DNA of 64,000 bases, from positions 7,812,001 through 7,876,000 of the forward strand of contig NC_043009.1 in NCBI RefSeq assembly GCF_006345805.1, read 5' to 3'. The translations under genes and the position numbers were made by a program. The first letter of the stretch is position 1. Each line of letters begins with the position of its first letter. Under the pieces are notes generated by a model. The model was not told where the DNA came from, ran no database searches, and worked only from the letters and a program-made list of their open reading frames with translations. The DNA comes from Octopus sinensis (Eukaryota). Positions 24,452-37,525 of this stretch are shown here, piece by piece.

Positions 24452-24655
24452 GCACAAGGCCAGCAATTTTGGGGGATGGCGTAAGTCGATTACATCACCC
24501 TCAGTGCTCAGCTGGTTCTTATCTTATCGATTCCCGAAAGGATGAAAGGCAAAGTCGACCCTGGTGGAATTTGAACTTAGAACATAAAGGCTGACGAAAT
24601 GCCGAATAAGCTTCTTAACCGGCGTGCTAACGATTCAGCCAGCTTACCCGCCTTA
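24452..24655 (-). mobile_element. SINE-B variant, diverged
   Basis: Similar to the SINE-B head and body. Confidence 0.75.
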
Positions 24656-24673
24656 TTTATGCATACGGTATTC

Positions 24674-24761
<88 letters not shown>

Positions 24762-25383
24762 TATATATATATATTCATATATCGATTCCCTTGCTGGTAA
24801 TTCTCATTTTGAATATGGCATCAAAATTCCACTCCTTTCACATTTATTCAATCTTTTATCCAAACTAAATGCAGTTAACTCTACATTTATTCTTGCACAC
24901 CTCATCCACATATGTCAGCATTTATATAGAAGAATGGCACCACGGAAAAATATACATACACAGGAAAGTATAAATATATATTTCTGTACTAAACTGAAAA
25001 ATAAAACCAGAATGTACATGCATTTCCATATGCATGTATATAACTCTCTTCATCAGGATATGTTTTAATAAATGTATTTACAGATTTGAAGACGTGTATT
25101 AGATGTGTATGTACATACGTACATATATGTATTTGTATGTGTGTATGCATGCGTGCGTGCACTTCCGTAAATGTGAATGTGTGTGAGCGTGTCCGTATAT
25201 ATACACATATACTGTCAATTACTGAATTGCAGGTGCGTATATATATAGACTTTATGAACATACTTCGAGTTCTCACCATCGGAAACCCGAACTATACTAC
25301 GGACGTTGATCTGCATATACATACTATACATACTCCGGATATGCAATGAATTATATGGATGAATAATGATACCTGAATTACGA

Positions 25384-25414
<31 letters not shown>

Positions 25415-25774
25415 TATATATATATATTTATGTATGTATATATATATATACATATATATATGCATGTTCCTCGGTAAACGTGTATTCAAACATATAGGAA
25501 GTTGTAGGGGCTTGTTCTAGGTACCCGATTATGCATATATGTATACGTGTATGTATGCACCCATTCATGCATGCATGTATTGTGTATGTATGTATGTATT
25601 TATGTATGTACGTATGTGTAAGTATGAACGTGTATATTTCTTTGCGTATGCGCATGTATGCGCGCACATTTATATATGAGAGAGAGAGAGAGAGTGGTTG
25701 TGTGTGCATGTTTGTGTACATGTGTGTGTATGTGTACATGTGTGTGTGTATGTATGTATGTGTGTGTATATATG

Positions 25775-25822
<48 letters not shown>

Positions 25823-25975
25823 TTGTGTTTTTTTTATATAGGTGGTCCTTTAGGAAAGGATATTCACATAACTATTAAACTACCATATATATGAATGTGT
25901 ACGTGTGTATGTATACATATTTACTAGTATGTTTCTGCATCTATAATCTTAAGGTTTAATGAACAATCAAAAGAA

Positions 25976-26011
<36 letters not shown>

Positions 26012-26061
26012 TGCAAGTTCGTATGTATATACCTATGTGCATGTACACATAAATGTATATA

Positions 26062-26464
26062 CAGGGTGCGGCAGAATTAATGCCCTTTTGTGTCTGTCTG
26101 AGTTTTCTAATTTCTAATTGATTTTTTTTTTTTTTCCTAAAACTTTTGCGATTTTTTTCATTAGTTTATCATTCGTTTCTATAAGTAATGCAGTAAATTT
26201 GTATTCTATAAAATATTACTTAATAAACATTTATATACTAAAACCGTTAGATTCACTTCAACGGCAAATTAAATTTAAATGTAGAAGTGAATCTAACGGT
26301 TTTTGTGTGTTTCTTAAATGGCTTCTAAACACCTTCCGCGCAGCAATTGTTTTCATTCCAGCACACGATCTCAGATCAGGTCACTTGCTCTGCAAGTACA
26401 TCTCCGTAACATATACTATAAAAGATATTAATTTCAAAAAGGGCGTTACTTTTGCCGCACCTTG
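26062..26464. mobile_element. Tc1/mariner-type MITE
   Basis: TA|CAGGGTGCGGCAGAATTAATGCCC ... GGGCGTTACTTTTGCCGCACCTTG|TA. Confidence 0.75.
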
Positions 26465-26467
26465 TAT

Positions 26468-26528
<61 letters not shown>

Positions 26529-26604
26529 CGTGTGCGTACGTTTATATGTCTGTGTGCATGAGTATATGTGTGGATCTGCATGAGGGCTTCTACAGATGTG
26601 GATA

Positions 26605-26985
26605 TAGGCGTGGTTGTGTGATAAGAGGCTAGCTTCTCAACTACATGGTTCCTGGTTCAGTCCCACTGCGTGAAATCTTGGGTAAGTGTCTTCTATTGTA
26701 GCTTCGAGCCGACCAAAACCTTGTGAATAGATTTGATAGACGGAAACTGAAAGAAGCCCGTCGTGTATATGCATGTGTGCGTGTGCGTGTGTTTGTTCCT
26801 CATCACCACTTGACAAATGATGTTGGTTTGTTTACGTCCCTGTAACGTAGCGGTTCGGCAAATGATATTGATAAGATATGTTTTAGGCTTTAAGAATAAG
26901 TCCTGGGGTCGATTGGTTCGACTAAAACCTTCAAGGCGGTGCTCCAGCATGGCCACAGTCAAATGGTTGAAACAAGTAAAAGAAG
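26605..26985 (+). mobile_element. SINE-A
   Basis: Full-length diverged copy. Confidence 0.85.
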
Positions 26986-27084
26986 AAAAGAATAAGAGAA
27001 TATATAGAGGGAGGAGGAGGGAGAGGGGCAGAGAGAGGGGGCGGGAGAGAGAGAGAAAGATGCACCTACACACACATGTACATA

Positions 27085-27389
27085 TATTTTTATATATAAA
27101 ACTGAAGTTGTGTGTGTGTCTGTCTCCTCCAATTTAGATTCCTAACTACTCCCACATTTTGCGGTGCAGTTTAACCAAAACCGGGTATCTTATAGTCGTG
27201 ACTCATATCGAGCCATTCTGGGTATTAGCGCGCGTCTACGATGAGTCTAAGATTAAAAAAAAATTTACCATCATTTTCCGCATTTTTAATGCATTCTTTG
27301 CTCGGTTTATATAAAGGAAGTAACTCTCTAAAAATGCTTATATAGTTATTTCCCTTACAAACCCGAGCAACGCCGGGCGATACTGCTAG
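27085..27389 (+). mobile_element. Helitron-like non-autonomous element
   Basis: 3' hairpin CCCGAGCAACGCCGGG followed by CTAG|T. A second copy lies at 14064-14390. Confidence 0.75.
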
Positions 27390-28569
27390 TATACATACAT
27401 ACATACATACATACATACATACATACATACATACATACATAGAGTATGAGGGGTTTAGTTCACTGGTGTTCTAAATGAATAGATACATTGAGTAAGTGCT
27501 ATAAATGGTCATCCGTTAAGTTCCAAGTTCACAGCTGAGTATGGTACTAGGGATCCGTATTAGGCTTCCGAGTTAGCAGACGTGTGTTATACTGGAGGAA
27601 AAGGACCACAAAAACCAAGTGTGAGTGGGGCCTTCTCTTCTCCAGAAGCTGAAGACTAATGTTTTATGCTTCGTGTTGTACGCCAGTCCCAGCCAAAAGG
27701 CGTTGAGGGCCTGTGGCTCCATCAGTAGCCACAATAATACACTAAAAATTCATCATAGCGTTAACCCCTCGAGCGTGTGCGCGGGACCCAATTTGATCAA
27801 ATCCGTCTAATTAGCTTAAAACCGACCCTGTGTGTATGCACGTATATCTATGATTTCCTTATATGTATGTAGGTGTTTTCACGAAATCGACATTTTTTTT
27901 TTCACTTACCTAAGGATTAGTAAATAAACTAAATACACTTGTTAGACAGGTGTAAAAGTCGGTCGGCGAACTCTCGGAATAACTTTTATTATCTCTTGGA
28001 CGAGAAAAAAAAATCAATGAATTAGGTGATTTCTTTCTTCTGCAAATGAATTTTTGTTTCTTTTCAAAAGCATTTGTTTTAACATTTTTGCGGCTCCAAC
28101 TCCTTTAGTAAATAACAGGAAGTTGGTTGTCGATAACTGAAAATTACTTAAATATGCGTATAGATACGTGTAGGTGTGTATGTGTGAGTATATCATTTAA
28201 TTAATCAATTAAATATGTAAGTATACTAGCGCGAGTGTTGTGCTGTGTTGTGTTGAGGTGTATTTTATGTATCTTATCTCGAGTGCATGTGACTGTTGTG
28301 GTAAGCAAACGTTTTATGTGCCCACGAATGCACATAATCCACGTCACGCTAGCATTCTGTTTTGAAAATGATGTGTTGTACTCATGTGACACTTTCCTCT
28401 TTGGCCAAGGGCTCATCAACTTTTTCAAGTTTCACTTGAAAAGGAAGATGAGAGTAGAGAGGGAAGTGATGTCTGGTAGCAAGTTTATTGAAAGGTGGGT
28501 GAATATCGGAAGAATGGCCAGTATGAATGGACCAATTCTGAGGATACACCTGTGAAAATTAAAAGGAAA

Positions 28570-28850
28570 TATAAAAGGAGAAAGGGGCTCTCTACCCCCT
28601 TTTGACCAGGCTCCCGTGGCTTTTATGGGTTTTTTTCCATTAGTAACCTTTCGAAGCGCCTCTCCCTATTGGGAGTTTTAGTTGTTACTTACATTTCGTT
28701 GTTATCCTGCTTTTCTACACGGACCTTTTTCAAACTGACAAAACCCTTTGTAACTTTCGTCCTGTGTTTTGACCCTTAATGTTTTAATTGATTTTTGCTA
28801 GCCCTTGTGGCCAATAAACAAACGAATTATTATTATTATTATTATTATTA
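28570..28850 (+). mobile_element. LINE-like 3' end with (TTA)n tail
   Basis: Ends GCTAGCCCTTGTGGCCAATAAACAAACG followed by (ATT)n. The parent element is not identified. Confidence 0.4.
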
Positions 28851-29037
28851 TTTAGAATATTATTTTATTTATTTTTTATTATTTTATCTTTACTTATTTC
28901 TCTTTTATTAAATTTTGGATCTTTTAGTTTAATAAGTTCTTTGGGACGAAACACGAGTAATTCATGTCTGTTCTCAATTAACAAAACCCTGTTATTCTGT
29001 CTTATGCATTGAGTTCTCTTACGTTTAGACACCAAAC

Positions 29038-29068
<31 letters not shown>

Positions 29069-29653
29069 CATACATACATACATACATACATACATACATA
29101 CATACACATTCATACACGACGGGAGAAGTATCAATACCGAAAGGCAATCTTTATGTACTACTAAACGTGGGTGTATTACTAGAACGCCGAACACTGCGGT
29201 ATATGCCTTGATAGATCCTCTCGTATAGACGTACGGTGCCAAACGCACAGAGATATCAGGGGCGGACACTCAAGAAAAGAAATGCGCCCTTCTAAATAAT
29301 GTTATTGCGCCCTTTTCTGCTGGAATTGTATTCCCTTCTGACCTTATGCCCTCATTTCGAAACATTTATGGGACCGAAACACTGCATATATCGTAACAGA
29401 CATGAACTGTCTGGTATAGACACCAGAATTGCCAGATCATGTGATTTCAGCGTACTGCGCTTCTTCGGTGGCAGGCGTCCAGTCTCGCATACCAAATCTC
29501 ACAACTATATGAGAAGAACTCTCAAGGTGAATACCACAGCGCCTGGTGCTCTAATAAAAATCTACGTTTAGTTGGATATAAAGACTGTCATACATACATA
29601 CATACATACATACATACATACATACATACATACATACATACATACATACATCG

Positions 29654-30205
29654 GTAAGTGGAACAATAAACATGTGCAGAGCTTTTCTCAAGTTCAAAAT
29701 GTGACAGGTCTTTGTAATCTATATTCCAAAGATGGAGCTTTATATCTTTATTAGGAAGCAGATCCTTCCTTACAAGAAGATGTCAACCAGTGGCGGCTGG
29801 TAGCTGAAATTGGGGTGCTGCTTCAGGAAATTTTTAGCCGTCGTTTTAATATTGTGTAAAAGGAAACAAACGTATAAAAAGAAAATTTATACATAAACTT
29901 GATCGGTTCGTGTTTTAGCCACCGCCGAGTAGTGTGTTTAATTTGTAAGTGGAACAATAAGAATGTGCAAAGCTTTTCTCAAGTTCTAAATGTAACATTA
30001 TCTTTGTTATCTGCATAACAAAGATGGAGCTAGACCAGCCCCTTCTTTACAAAAAGGCTTCAATTAATTAAAAATACCACATGCATACAATTAATTCAAA
30101 ATAACATACAATTGGTAAGTAGAACAATAAAAATATGCAGATTTTTTCTCTAGTTCAAAATGTGACCCGGTCTTTGTAATCCATATTCCAAATATGGAGC
30201 ATCCA
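29654..30205 (+). repeat. Degenerate triplicated ~90-bp unit beginning GTAAGT
   Basis: Copies start at 29654, 29945 and 30115. Confidence 0.8.
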
Positions 30206-30461
30206 TATATACATATATACGCGCACAAACACACACGTATATATGAGCGCAAACACACACACACACACATACATGCACACTCATGCATATAAACATAGGC
30301 CTAGATCGCTTACCTGCAATATGTTCTACTAAAATGGTTAGTGAATAGTGAATAAGATCATTAACTCGTGGATTCCGCCATGCAATTTTAGGCACCCTTC
30401 TATACCCAACTATTACCAAAACATTTTCCAGGTTATTTGTGAATGTTAATTAGATAAGTAA

Positions 30462-31110
30462 GGCGGCGAGCTGGCAGAATCGTTAGCACGCCGGGCAAAA
30501 TACTTAACGGCATTTCGTCTGTCCTTACGTTCTGAGTTCAAATTCTGCCGAGGTCGACTTTGTCGCTCGTCCCTTCAGGATCGATAAAGTAAGTACCAGT
30601 TGAAGGATCTTTTCGGTTTGAACGGCAGTTTTTTCTAGCGGTGTCATATGAAATTGTCACCCATAATTATGACCCTAGTATCGATCTATTGCATTTCAAT
30701 CTGTTTTAGGGTTAGGGTTAAGGTTAGGGGTGGCGTGAAGGGTATCTTTTTTTTCTTCACAAATGTAAATAAACCCAATCTGTTTCTTAAACGAGAGACA
30801 TATTCATACGGTATAGAATGTTTTTTTACCTCAATGGACGTCATTGATTGGTTGAAATTGAAGAAATTGAAGAAAAAAACAACAAATATCTTAGAAACTA
30901 TGGAATTTTCTCAATAAAGCCAAGAGAAAAAGATGTTTTATAAACACATTCTACCAGTATACGAAGTTTAAAATTTTTTAGTTACCTAGAAATTATGTTA
31001 AAAACTGCCGTTCAAACCGAAAAGATCCCGGTTGAACACTGAGATTGACGTAATCGACTTAACCTCTCACCGAAATTGCTGGCCTTGTACTAAAATTTGA
31101 AACCAGTATT
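30462..31110 (+). mobile_element. SINE-B interrupted by a MITE
   Basis: The SINE resumes after the insertion at 31029. Confidence 0.8.
30605..31028. mobile_element. Merlin-like MITE with internal TTAGGG repeats
   Basis: 28-bp TIR GGATCTTTTCGGTTTGAACGGCAGTTTT. 8-bp TSD CAGTTGAA / CGGTTGAA. GG termini with an 8-bp TSD fit Merlin. Confidence 0.75.
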
Positions 31111-32779
31111 GCTTTGGTAAGTTTATTGTCGTGCTGGTTATTTATTTATTTACTTATTTATTTACTTATTGTTCTCGCCTCAGAGGAACCAGTAAACATC
31201 GAAAACTCAGCACCAAGAAGGAATAAATATTATTTACATATATTTATTCGTTTGCCCAACAACGGTGTTTTAATCTACACATAAAACGCACCGGTGTTTA
31301 AAAGACCTACAGAGCTATGAGTCCGCAGCTAGCTTTTTTGTCGTTGACGTGAATGTAGTTTAAAAATGTAGTTATGAGATGTATTGTTATTGTCAGACTT
31401 TATCTTACTATAATCAACAACAAACACATTTCGTCAATACAAAAGTCTTTATCAGATAAAAAATAACATTATCAAAACATGAAGGTAAAACAAAACAAAT
31501 AGCAGCTTATACACCGGAAAATACGGTAATTGTAGTGGCAGTGACAAATTCGCTTGCTGGTTAATAGTTGATAGTGTAGAATGGAGGGAGAGAGTAAGGA
31601 ATGCACGGTGCTGACTAGAAAGGAAGAAAGGATAAAGGTGGCATCGTCTTCGCTCGGCATACGAATAGGACAGAGTGGTGACATTTAGCAGAAATGACCG
31701 GGAAATTGTTCCTCTTTGATTACTATCGCAAACAGCAGTAGCTTTCTTCAACTGAATACACGTCGTTGAAATACCAAATTTTGTTAAAAATGTTCAAAGT
31801 GAACCGTGTTCTGCGTGAGACATTCCACCAGTATACGAAGTTTCAGACTGTTTAGTTAGAGAAAAAAAAAAAGTTAATTAAAAAATTCTGTACGCCAAAC
31901 TGAACAGATCCTGAGTGGATTTGGTGGACGGAAACTGGAAGAAGCCCGTCGTATGTGTGTGTGAGATTTTGTGTCTGTGTTTGTCCCCCACCACCTCTTG
32001 ATAACTGGTGTTGGTGTGTTTACATCCCCGTAAATTAGCCGTTGGGCACAAGAGATCGATAGAATAAGTAGCAGGCTTAAGAAAAACAAAAACGCAGAGG
32101 AGTCGATTCGTTCCCCTAAAATTCTTCAGGGCGGTGTCCCAGCCTAGTCACAGCCTATTGACTGACACAACTAAAAGATGTAGGGATCCAACGAGCTCCG
32201 ATGAGAAGGGGTTCATTGTAGCAGCCGTTAGGAATGGTGGGAGGAGGCAACATGTCTGGAGTAGAAGCTTAAACTATATTGGTGTATCAGTCATGTGGAC
32301 CGTTCTTCGGATTATTAGCTTATTTATAATGTTTACCAACTCGGACAGAGCTAAACTGGTTTTGTCAAATTTACATAATAGTGCATGTGCAGACAAGATT
32401 GATTAATTAATTAATCAATTATTTAATTGTGTACTATATTGCATTTGGGGTCGCGGAGTTGGAGGTAATTTGAAATGTAAGGTAACCAGTTTTCAACGAA
32501 AAATAGAGGCTACGTTGTGTGTTTATTAAAGAGAATACCCTTATTCTTTTCCCTCTTTCTAATTATATACATACACGCATGCATGCATCCATACACACAC
32601 ACACACATATATACACACACACATATATATACAAACACACACACACACATAATATACACACACACACACATATATATATATACACACACATATATATACA
32701 CACACACATATATATATACACACACACACATATTTATATATACACATACGCACACACACACACACACATACACATATAT

Positions 32780-32814
<35 letters not shown>

Positions 32815-33119
32815 CACATACACACACATATATAAATATACACATACACACATACAAATATACACACACACATATATATACACACACACACATATAAATA
32901 TACACATACATAATATATATATACACACACATATATATATACACACACACACACATTTACATCCAGACACAGCACAGATACAGTTAATACATGCAATCAC
33001 ATCAAACCACAAAGTATCGTTCATTCACACACACGAGCTCCCCTACACACACACACCACACACACATCTAATCTTCACACACACACACACACTCGATCAA
33101 CCCCTATCTTTCACTACAC

Positions 33120-33420
33120 CAGAAATGGCGGCATTTCACAAGCATCAATAAATCATTATTTTGCCTCTCCCTAATGACTGTCCCCTTCCTGCTCTTTTCC
33201 CTACGCTCCCCTCACTTCGTCGCTCTCTCCCTCCCTCTCTCCCTCCCTCCCTCCCTCTGCATAGAGATAACCAACTGTCGATAAAGGCAGTCTGTGATGG
33301 GGAGAGGGGTACATTTAGCAGAGGGCGAGGTGAAGGGCTGGGATGCAGTGGAGCTTTGTGTCGGTCACCTAGGTAACAGCATCCCGTCACAATAATAAAC
33401 CCTAACTCCCTTCAGATTAC
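33120..33420. promoter_or_regulatory. Candidate cis-regulatory element
   Basis: Non-repetitive patch with YY1-like AAATGGCGGC (33123), Pbx/Hox-like CAATAAATCA (33146) and RFX X-box GTCACCTAGGTAAC (33364-33377). Motif matches only. Confidence 0.3.
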
Positions 33421-33565
33421 ATCCCTTAGCGCTCGTTTGTGTTTGGATACACACACACACACACCCTACTCCCTCCCTCTCTTTCTCTACCTTTCTCTTT
33501 ACACACCCTCCCTCCTTCCCTCTCTTTCTCCACCTCTCTCTTTACACAGACACACACACACACAC

Positions 33566-33596
<31 letters not shown>

Positions 33597-33627
33597 GAGA
33601 GAGACAGGGGTTGTATACATATTCTTT

Positions 33628-33825
33628 TATTCTTTTATTCTTTCATTCTTTTACTTGTTTCAGTCATTTGACTGCAGCGATGCTGGAGCACCGCCTTAAA
33701 GGGTCTTTTTTTTTAGCCGAAGAAATCAACCACAGATCTTATTCTTTGTAAGTTATGGGGGGCATAAACACACCAACATCGGTTGTCGAGCGATGTTGGG
33801 AGTACAAACATAGACAGAAATACAT

Positions 33826-33875
<50 letters not shown>

Positions 33876-34072
33876 TTTATTTTAAGCAGCAGAAAATTCA
33901 ACAAAATCTGTTACTCTGAGTTTCTCGTTGCCGTTCATCAGACAGTTTTTGCTAGAATGGAACTGATATATCAATTCAATCTATACTCTTACAACGCTAG
34001 CGTATACTCTACCACTGGTATTTGAGTACTCTTTTTTTTTCACCTTGTTTCACATTTATGTGTTTACTCCGG

Positions 34073-34146
<74 letters not shown>

Positions 34147-34850
34147 ATATATTATATATATATATGTAATAAATAAATATAATGCATCATACAAACATAT
34201 GTAAGTACTACATCTACATGTACATATACATGCATATATAAATATAACGTGAGTACAGGACACCACAACTAGACTAGAACTCAACGAGAAAACGAAAATG
34301 GAAAAACAAGCATGGACTCTAGCGTGTTTCGAAGGTAAAGATAGAACACGACTCGTCGAAAACTAGCCCTTCCTGCGAGAGAATTTAAAATAAAATTACT
34401 TCGCAGAGGGGTAAAAACAAGAAAGAAAAAATATATAAAATGTAACACAAACAGGACGTAAAAACGATACAAATAAAAATACAAAATAAAATACAAGATA
34501 AAAATACATGTACAAGAAAATACAATACGAGAAATAAAAATAAACATGAAAACAAACGAAAAGGCCTTTTTCTGGCTTAGACGGAGGAGATTCTGGCAGC
34601 GCAAGGGAAAGCAAATGTGTGTTCACAGTTTGAAGGCCGCATGTAAAAAGGAAGTAATTTTGGCTAGCAGTGACAAAGACACACACGCGACGGGCTTCTT
34701 TCAGTGTCCGCCTACCGAATCCACTCACAAAGCTTTGGTCGGCCCGAGGCTAATAGTAGAAGAAACTTCCCAAAGATGTCATGCAATGGGATTGAACCCA
34801 GAACCATGAGACTGGGAAGCAAGCTTCTTACCACACCACACAGCTAGTAC
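33628..34850 (-). mobile_element. SINE-A split by about 850 bp of Penelope-type insertions
   Basis: Tail at 33628-33830 and head at 34680-34850, with P5 pieces and AT-rich sequence between them. Confidence 0.7.
33908..33945 (-). ncRNA. Hammerhead motif (P5)
   Basis: CUGU CUGAUGA ACG GCAA CGA GAAAC UCAGAG UA ACAG; the stem II closing pair is mismatched. Confidence 0.55.
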
Positions 34851-34867
34851 GGCTAGCGAGATAGAAG

Positions 34868-34900
<33 letters not shown>

Positions 34901-34957
34901 GAGGAGGAGAGGAGAGAGAGAAGAGAGAGCGAGAGAGGAGAGAAGAGGAGAGAGGAC

Positions 34958-34988
<31 letters not shown>

Positions 34989-36179
34989 AGAGAGAGAGAG
35001 AGGAGAGAGAGATGAGGAGTGGAGAGAGGGGAGAGAGAGAGAGAGAGATACACAGATACACACAGACACGTAAATGACAGAATTACACATTTTATTTGAA
35101 TTTTATTTCGTTTATTAGAATAATGGAATTAATTTTCGATAACATTCCTGTATTCCAGATTGTAAATTTGCACCCGTTTAAAAGTTAATTAAATACAATA
35201 AAATAACTTTTTAGAAAATTTCTATGAGAGATGAAAGTAGTAACCACATAGAGGAGGAGACTTAGACATCCGACTTCCTTGTTAATGTTACTATTTAGCC
35301 CCAGATCAGAAACCGATCGAAGATGGACTCGTCATGCCAATTCCGGCTTCAAAATCTTTTTGATACTAACCGCCCAAAATGTGTGTGTGTGACCCCCATC
35401 CCCACTATTTGACGATAAGTTTTGACTTTCATTCGTTATTTTTCGTTTTTTCCCCCCTTTTCTTGTTCTAGTCATTAGACAGTAACGAGCCCAGAATTTT
35501 TTTTCCTTTTTATTTGCTGCAGTTACTAGACTGCGGCCATGCTGGGGCACCACCTTAAAGAATTTTTAGACGACTGTATGGAACCCAGAATGTTTTTTTA
35601 AGCTTGATATATTTGGGTTTTTCTTTTTCCTTTGAACTTGTTAAATGAGTAGACTGCGGCCATGCTGGGACACCGGCTTGAAGAATTTTTGGTCGAATAT
35701 ATCGACCACAGAATTTTTTTTAGATGATTTTCAACCAGCGCATGCACTTGAGCCTATGAGGTCTCTCCACATGCTAGAAATAACAGCCAGATCTCTTGGA
35801 TTTTTAAAAATAATTTCACGTAAACAAAAACGGAAACCGCGATTACAAAAAAAAAAAAAACAAAAATATATTTCCAAAATTCCAATTTTGAAGTAAGCAA
35901 AAATATATTCAATCGAAAATAAATAAGTAGAATAGAATAACAAAACACAAGACTCTTTGTACATATTGCCTGGATTGTAACAAAATGGAAAGCATTTATT
36001 TCAAGAAATGTGTAGAAAGATAGAAACGATAAGAAGTACGTTTGAACGACCAACCTTCGGCGCCATAATTCTGTTGGACCTTCAATGGTAGTCTATTTCA
36101 TTCGCAAAATGAGCCCCCTTTAATTTTGCTCAGATTGCTTTCAATTTTGGTGTATCGACGCAACTCTGAATTTTGATTA

Positions 36180-36420
36180 CGATCAACCAATTACTTTATT
36201 GCGTAAATTAAAGAATCTGATGTTATTTGGAATTAAAGTTGGGGAAATTTGGGTAATTTTAATCAATCAACAGACAACGTGACATTAGCAGCTTGTTACC
36301 ATGACAACTGCACGCTGTGTTGTGTTTCATTTTACCCGTGTCTGTGCCGCACGTTGCTCGGTGTTGATTCTTTACACCACGAGATTCTTTTCACTTGCGT
36401 ATTTTGTTTTAATTTTTCTT
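36180..36420. promoter_or_regulatory. Candidate cis-regulatory element with X-box
   Basis: GTTACCATGACAAC (36295-36308) in unique sequence. Motif match only. Confidence 0.3.
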
Positions 36421-36441
36421 TGTTAGTATATTACATATTTT

Positions 36442-36872
36442 GGATCTTTTCGGTTTGAATGGCAGTTTTTTCTAGCGGTGTCATATGAAATTGTTACCCA
36501 TAATTATGACCCTAGTATCGATCTATTGCATTTCAATCTCTTTTAGGGTTAAGATTAGTTAGGGTTAGGGGTGGGGGGAAGGGTATCTTTTTTCTTCACA
36601 AATGTAAATAAACCTAATCTGTTTCTTAAACGAGGGACATATTCATACGGCACAGAATGTTTTTTTACCTCAATAGACGTCAGTGAGTGGTTGAAATTGC
36701 AGAAAGAAATTGAAGGGGAAAAAAACAACAAATATCGTTAAATCTATAGAATTTTCTCAATAAAGCAAGAGAAAAAGATGTTTTATAATCACATCTTCCA
36801 GTATACGAAGTTTAAAATTTTTTAGTTACCTAGAAATTATGTTAAAAACTGCCGTTCAAACTGAAAAGATCC
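36442..36872. mobile_element. Merlin-like MITE
   Basis: Same TIRs and body as 30605-31028. No clean TSD. Confidence 0.8.
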
Positions 36873-37182
36873 ATTTTTGGGACTCATTGACTCAGATAGT
36901 TGGATTTATAATTTCACTAGGTATCTATTCATTAAAATTTAGCTTCACATTTCAACAGTTTGACTGAAATTTAGCCCACGTAGCAGGAACTGAGAGGGAG
37001 AGATATCATGGAACAGAGAAACTGTGGGTGATACAAATAATTTGACATTATTTCTGAATTCTGCATGCAAAAACATATAGGATACAGGTATTCTTTTCCT
37101 TGGGACAAATTCTCTGTTGACCAGTGTTGAAACGCTGTTTGATTTTTCTTTTCAGCGTTGAATGTTCACCATCCCACTTCCA

Positions 37183-37218
<36 letters not shown>

Positions 37219-37525
37219 TCACACAGAGTTGAAATGCTGTTTGATTTTTCCCACCCTTCCCTTCCTTTATTCATCTATCACCCCTTCCTTTTTCATTCAT
37301 ATGTTGTGACGGAGAAAAAGACAAGAGTATAATTATAGTAGATGTATATAATATTTTCGATAAATAATATACAAGTATAATTTATAGAACATAATACATG
37401 AACACGCTAAAATCATGTCTGCATAGTAATGTGTACCTTATTGGGAGGGAAATGTACCACGAAATCAGGAAGCAAAATGTGGTGGGGAAAATTTGAAAAG
37501 AAAGAATTTTGTTTAAAACCAAACT

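Noticed and set aside
28920-28965. Hammerhead-like GGGACGAAACACGAGTA (also 34290-34360 on -)
   Set aside because: The CUGANGA core is too degenerate to call.
32510-33151. Several 100-210 aa ORFs rich in H/T/Y/I or C/V
   Set aside because: (CA)/(TA) microsatellite artefacts; the same applies at 20.5, 21.3, 25.5 and 46 kb.
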